A DNA stretch of 35,098 nt, taken from positions 103,646,610 to 103,681,707 of the forward strand of contig NC_068982.1 of NCBI RefSeq assembly GCF_001194135.2, written 5' to 3'. The translations under genes and the position numbers were made by a program. The notes under the pieces were generated by a model that had not been told where the DNA came from, ran no database searches, and saw nothing but the letters and a program-made list of their open reading frames with translations. Positions 34,419 to 35,098 of the stretch are shown one piece after another. Every line of letters starts with the position of its first letter. The stretch's first letter is position 1. Origin of the DNA: Octopus bimaculoides. Its lineage: Eukaryota.

Positions 34419-34455
<37 letters not shown>

Positions 34456-34618
34456 CATATCATCCACTACGGAGCATTCTTTCTAAAAAACAGTTTAGTA
34501 AGCCCCTAAATATTGCAATGGGTATTTAATTGACTGTGAAATTTAAGTTAATTTTTCTTACATTTTTCTTTCATATACAGATGTGCACATGTCTCATTTT
34601 ACTAATTTCTTTTAACAG

Positions 34619-34673
34619 TCTAGCTTCTTATTTAAAGGGATACTTAAGATTATTTCAATTTCTGTCTAAATAA
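34619..34673 (+). CDS. Candidate terminal exon
   Basis: Branch-point-like TTACTAAT, pyrimidine tract TTCTTTTAACAG, short open frames (LASYLKGYLRLFQFLSK* or SSFLFKGILKIISISV*), and AATAAA near 34751. Confidence 0.27.
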
Positions 34674-35067
34674 ACTGTGAGAACTGCAGTTATTACATTG
34701 CTCTTTATTTCACGATATTTCATACATTACTACATAAAATATAAGCTGTTAATAAAGATTACATTGAGTAAAAACATATCCTAATAACTATATGTTGCAA
34801 ACCTCTCATACTCTCTATACGTAATTAATCTAAAGTAAATTTAATGTAAACAGGTGCTGATGCCATTGATACTAGAAAATGATTAAAAAAGCAAAGAGAG
34901 CAGAGATCAGAGCAACAGTGAAATACTTAAAAATGTATTTTAAAATGTTTCAATCCGTGTAATGAATCACACTCAAGCTATGGGAAAACTTTGAAGTAAA
35001 TTGTTGAAGGGTTGGGTGAAGCATTGCAGATATATATAAAGTGAATAAAATCGGTGTTAGAATTTTG

Positions 35068-35098
<31 letters not shown>

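Noticed and set aside
34890-35030. EIRATVKYL, resembling a mariner transposase N-terminus
   Set aside because: Only a few residues match, no TIR is recognised, and it is truncated by the window end.
1-35098. CRISPR array, prophage or other prokaryotic system
   Set aside because: There are no regularly spaced direct repeats with unique spacers and no operon-like ORFs. The window is eukaryotic repeat-rich DNA.

Overview
AT-rich, microsatellite-laden eukaryotic DNA with five N-gaps. It is most likely an Octopus (coleoid cephalopod) intron or intergenic region; this is inferred from the tRNA-derived SINE families and the (TA)n/(CA)n/(TATC)n load. I found no intact, recognisable protein-coding gene, rRNA, true tRNA or CRISPR array, and nearly all ORFs in the supplied track are microsatellite or repeat artefacts. 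Much of the window is mobile-element debris: four tRNA-derived SINE families (about 20 copies, several with clear TSDs); degenerate RTE, R4/Dong and CR1/Jockey-type LINE fragments; Helitron ends and PIF1-like helicase relics; a decayed hAT Buster/Charlie transposase; and several MITEs with recognisable TIRs and TSDs (Tigger/pogo, Tc1/mariner, hAT, Merlin-like). The most distinctive structure is a 568-bp Merlin-like MITE (37-bp TIRs, 8-bp TSD) with an inner 21-bp inverted repeat and a perfect 40-bp palindrome of telomeric hexamers, (TAACCC)3/(GGGTTA)3. A few short segments with good splice signals on the + strand (14555-14613, 24202-24240, 31794-31851, 34619 onward) may be exons of an unidentified host gene, but they cannot be confirmed from sequence alone. 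I do not see a convincingly new biological system.
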